Shown here one piece after another: positions 61,265 through 64,000 of a stretch of DNA of 64,000 bases. Numbering within the stretch: the first letter of the stretch is position 1; each line of letters begins with the position of its first letter. The translations under genes and the position numbers were made by a program. Source of the DNA: Chrysomallon squamiferum (lineage: Eukaryota; Animalia; Mollusca); the NCBI GenBank assembly GCA_012295275.1, contig CM022677.1, forward strand, positions 1,550,001-1,614,000. Direction: 5' to 3'. A model generated the notes under the pieces. That model was not told where the DNA came from, did no database searches, and worked only from the letters and a program-made list of their open reading frames with translations.

Positions 61265-62356
61265 CATACATACATTTCTTTTTCATTTACTTTAAAATAA
61301 AAATTACTGCAAATCTGTTTTTAATAAAGATATTGCTTTTAATAGAGCTAAAATTACTCTTTCAGCCTGATTAATTTCAGCTTTTTTTCAAATATCTTTT
61401 AATGTTAATAACAACAATTCAAAATCAAGGTATAAGAATAAATCCTTAAAATAATCCAGTTATTAATTGTATTTTTATATCTAATTGTATATCATTTTAT
61501 TTCTATTCATTTTTTTAAAAACAAAACAACAATCAAAACACTTGGAACTTGTATTTATTTATACATAATCAAGGACACTGACTTTCACATACAGCAGTTA
61601 TTTGACAACAAACACATTAACTCTTTCTCACAGATAACCTGTCTGTACCAACTCATCCTTTCACATTCACATCTGTCTGTCTATCGCTCGGTATCCATGC
61701 CTCAGATACCACATACAAAAATTATAATTTCCTTCATTACACACATACACTCATATACAACTAGTGTGTATGTATATATGTTTTTCTAACAGCCAAATAC
61801 ATATACCCACATCAGTCCATGTGTTTCTCTGTCAATCCATGAATTCGACACAGTTTTAACAATTTTTCTGTCGCCGCCTGCTTCTCTCTATGAACAGTCC
61901 AAACTAGTTATTATTATTATTGTTCTATTTATATCTTTGTTCATCTCCCTAATAATGTATATTCTTTCTGTGTATCTCCTACTTTTTCAGTGTTGAATGT
62001 TCATTTTAAAATTAAGTATTTTAAATTACTTTTGCAAAGTTGACTGTAAAATTGTTTCAGAAAATTTCATAGAAATAAATAAATAAGTTATCTACAAAGT
62101 GTACGCGAGGTCTCGATTACGTCATCAATGTAAAACAAGTTTCCGAGGCGAAGACACTGTTAAATAAAAAATACAGGAAAAGGTGAAGAATTTGAAATAA
62201 ATATAAAATATCATATTATTTTTCCTGATTCTACATTTTGCTTTATAAACTGCGCTGCTGGATAAGCTTAATGTTATTATTATTTTTTTTTTTGTAAATT
62301 GTTTATAATAATAATAATAACAACAATAATAATAATAATTATTATTATTATTAGTG

Positions 62357-62398
<42 letters not shown>

Positions 62399-64000
62399 TT
62401 TCTTTTCTAATACCTGGAAAGGTTTATACGAATAAAAATAAGACCGATTGTTTGTTTTTGTTGTTTTTTGTTTTATTTGTACGGCATTATGCAGTTTTAA
62501 TCAGTGAGATATTACAGTAATAAATAACAGAAAGCCATACTGATCATATCTTTTCATGTCTCTTTAAAACAAATTTTATAAAACTATATATTTATTTATT
62601 TATTTATTTATTTATATATTTTGTTGTTGTTGAGAAATACAGAGGGCCTTTCAAATAAATCATACTTTTAAATATGGTAACCAATATTATACCAGTTAAT
62701 CATTAGTTTCTATATATAATTTCATATTTATTTTCGTAGCTTCCTGAAAATAATTTGAGACTGCTCGACAGAATTTACGTTTTTATTAGTTACCAGCTTA
62801 TACGACTAAACTGAGACTGAGTGGAAATTACGTTCCATCTTAGTAAAAAAAAAACACTGCTTACCTCGATATTTTAGTACGTTCACCTCTGTTTTGCTTC
62901 ATAACAAATATTTAAAACTGTCAGTATAATCTTGGATACAGCTAAAGGAAAGATATCGGCTTTTGAAGAATAATCTTGATAGAGTTAATAACAGTAAATG
63001 TCGCCGTTCAGTTTCAAATTACCTGTGAAAACTGCGCTCATGTTGACAACATAAATTTATTATCAACGTATCAACAAAAATGAATGGATTCTTATTAAGT
63101 CTGAGCTTTTATTTTATAGTGGCATTTTACAGCTCTCGATTGTGACAATATTTTTCTGTTAAACTGAGTTACAGTTTCTTCTCAAAAAAAAAAAAAAAAA
63201 TTAAAAAAAAAATTAAAAATGAATATGCACTTTACATGAATCACAAAATTTGATTTTGCAAAGCAAACGACATTAAAATTAAAATTCACAGAGATAAGCG
63301 AAGTTTTCTGTTTTGTAAAACGCGACGTAATTCACGTTTTATACATAAAACCAGCGACGTTTATATCATAAATTGATACTGAGTGAAAATAACGTGATGT
63401 TTTATAATGTTTTACCTCTATTTTGGATCATAAACAATACTGATAATTTCACTTACAATTACATTTTATTCTACTAGGAGATGTCTACTGTATTAATATT
63501 ATAATGTGTAAGTTATATCATAAAAAAACATACAAAAAAAACATGCCTATCCATACGTCTTCTATAAAATTTTAAAAATATTTTGTAAAGAACAGAATAG
63601 TATAACTTTAAAACCTAGCTGCTACCTTAATGGAATCACAGTAATTTATATTAATAACTTGAGAATTAATGACATAAATATCATATTTAGTTTCTAGGAG
63701 CATAGTTTTCTGAAGATAATTTGAGATCGCTGGACAGAATTTACGTTTTAATTTACTACCAGCAGTTTACAGGAATACATTGAGACAATGAGCGAAAATT
63801 ACCTGAATCTTATAATAACTGTACCTCTGTTTAACACATGTTTTTACACGTCATTATCAAAACAAACTTAAAATGTCAAGAAGTTTTGTTGTTTACCTCG
63901 AAAATTAATATTTCATTGTATTAAATCACTTCTGAATACAATAATAATAATAGATAAATATAGATAAAATACAGAATGACCGAGTGAAAATACATTAATA

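Overview
AT-rich, microsatellite-dense animal genomic DNA with spliceosomal GT-AG introns, probably from an invertebrate; a mollusc is a guess from the gene families and repeat style. There is a 200-N assembly gap at 16883-17082. No rRNA, bona fide tRNA, CRISPR or prokaryotic features are visible, and most ORFs in the track are microsatellite artefacts. Recognisable coding content is all disrupted: a BTB-BACK-PHR (BTBD1/2/3/6-type) gene with three frameshifts (26291-27842, -), a spliced Ig-superfamily type-I membrane receptor relic (12050-15399, -), five kinase exons of an EGFR pseudogene (49991-52325, +) and a probable cadherin-like relic. Decayed Tigger/pogo, Tc1, hAT-MITE, piggyBac, KRBA2/SCAND3-type integrase and L1/Tx1 elements are also present. 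The structure is the most notable part. (i) A 6.6/8.6-kb inverted duplication (4921-11525 vs 37615-46240) brackets about 26 kb. (ii) A 1.7-kb circularly permuted copy of part of that duplicon sits between two (TC)n tracts and splits an Ig exon, as expected for a DNA circle integrated through microsatellite homology. (iii) Repeated promoter/first-exon/micro-exon cassettes lie upstream of the BTB gene, with a paralogous set at 1-3600. All alignments were done by eye; boundaries are approximate unless splice sites are quoted.
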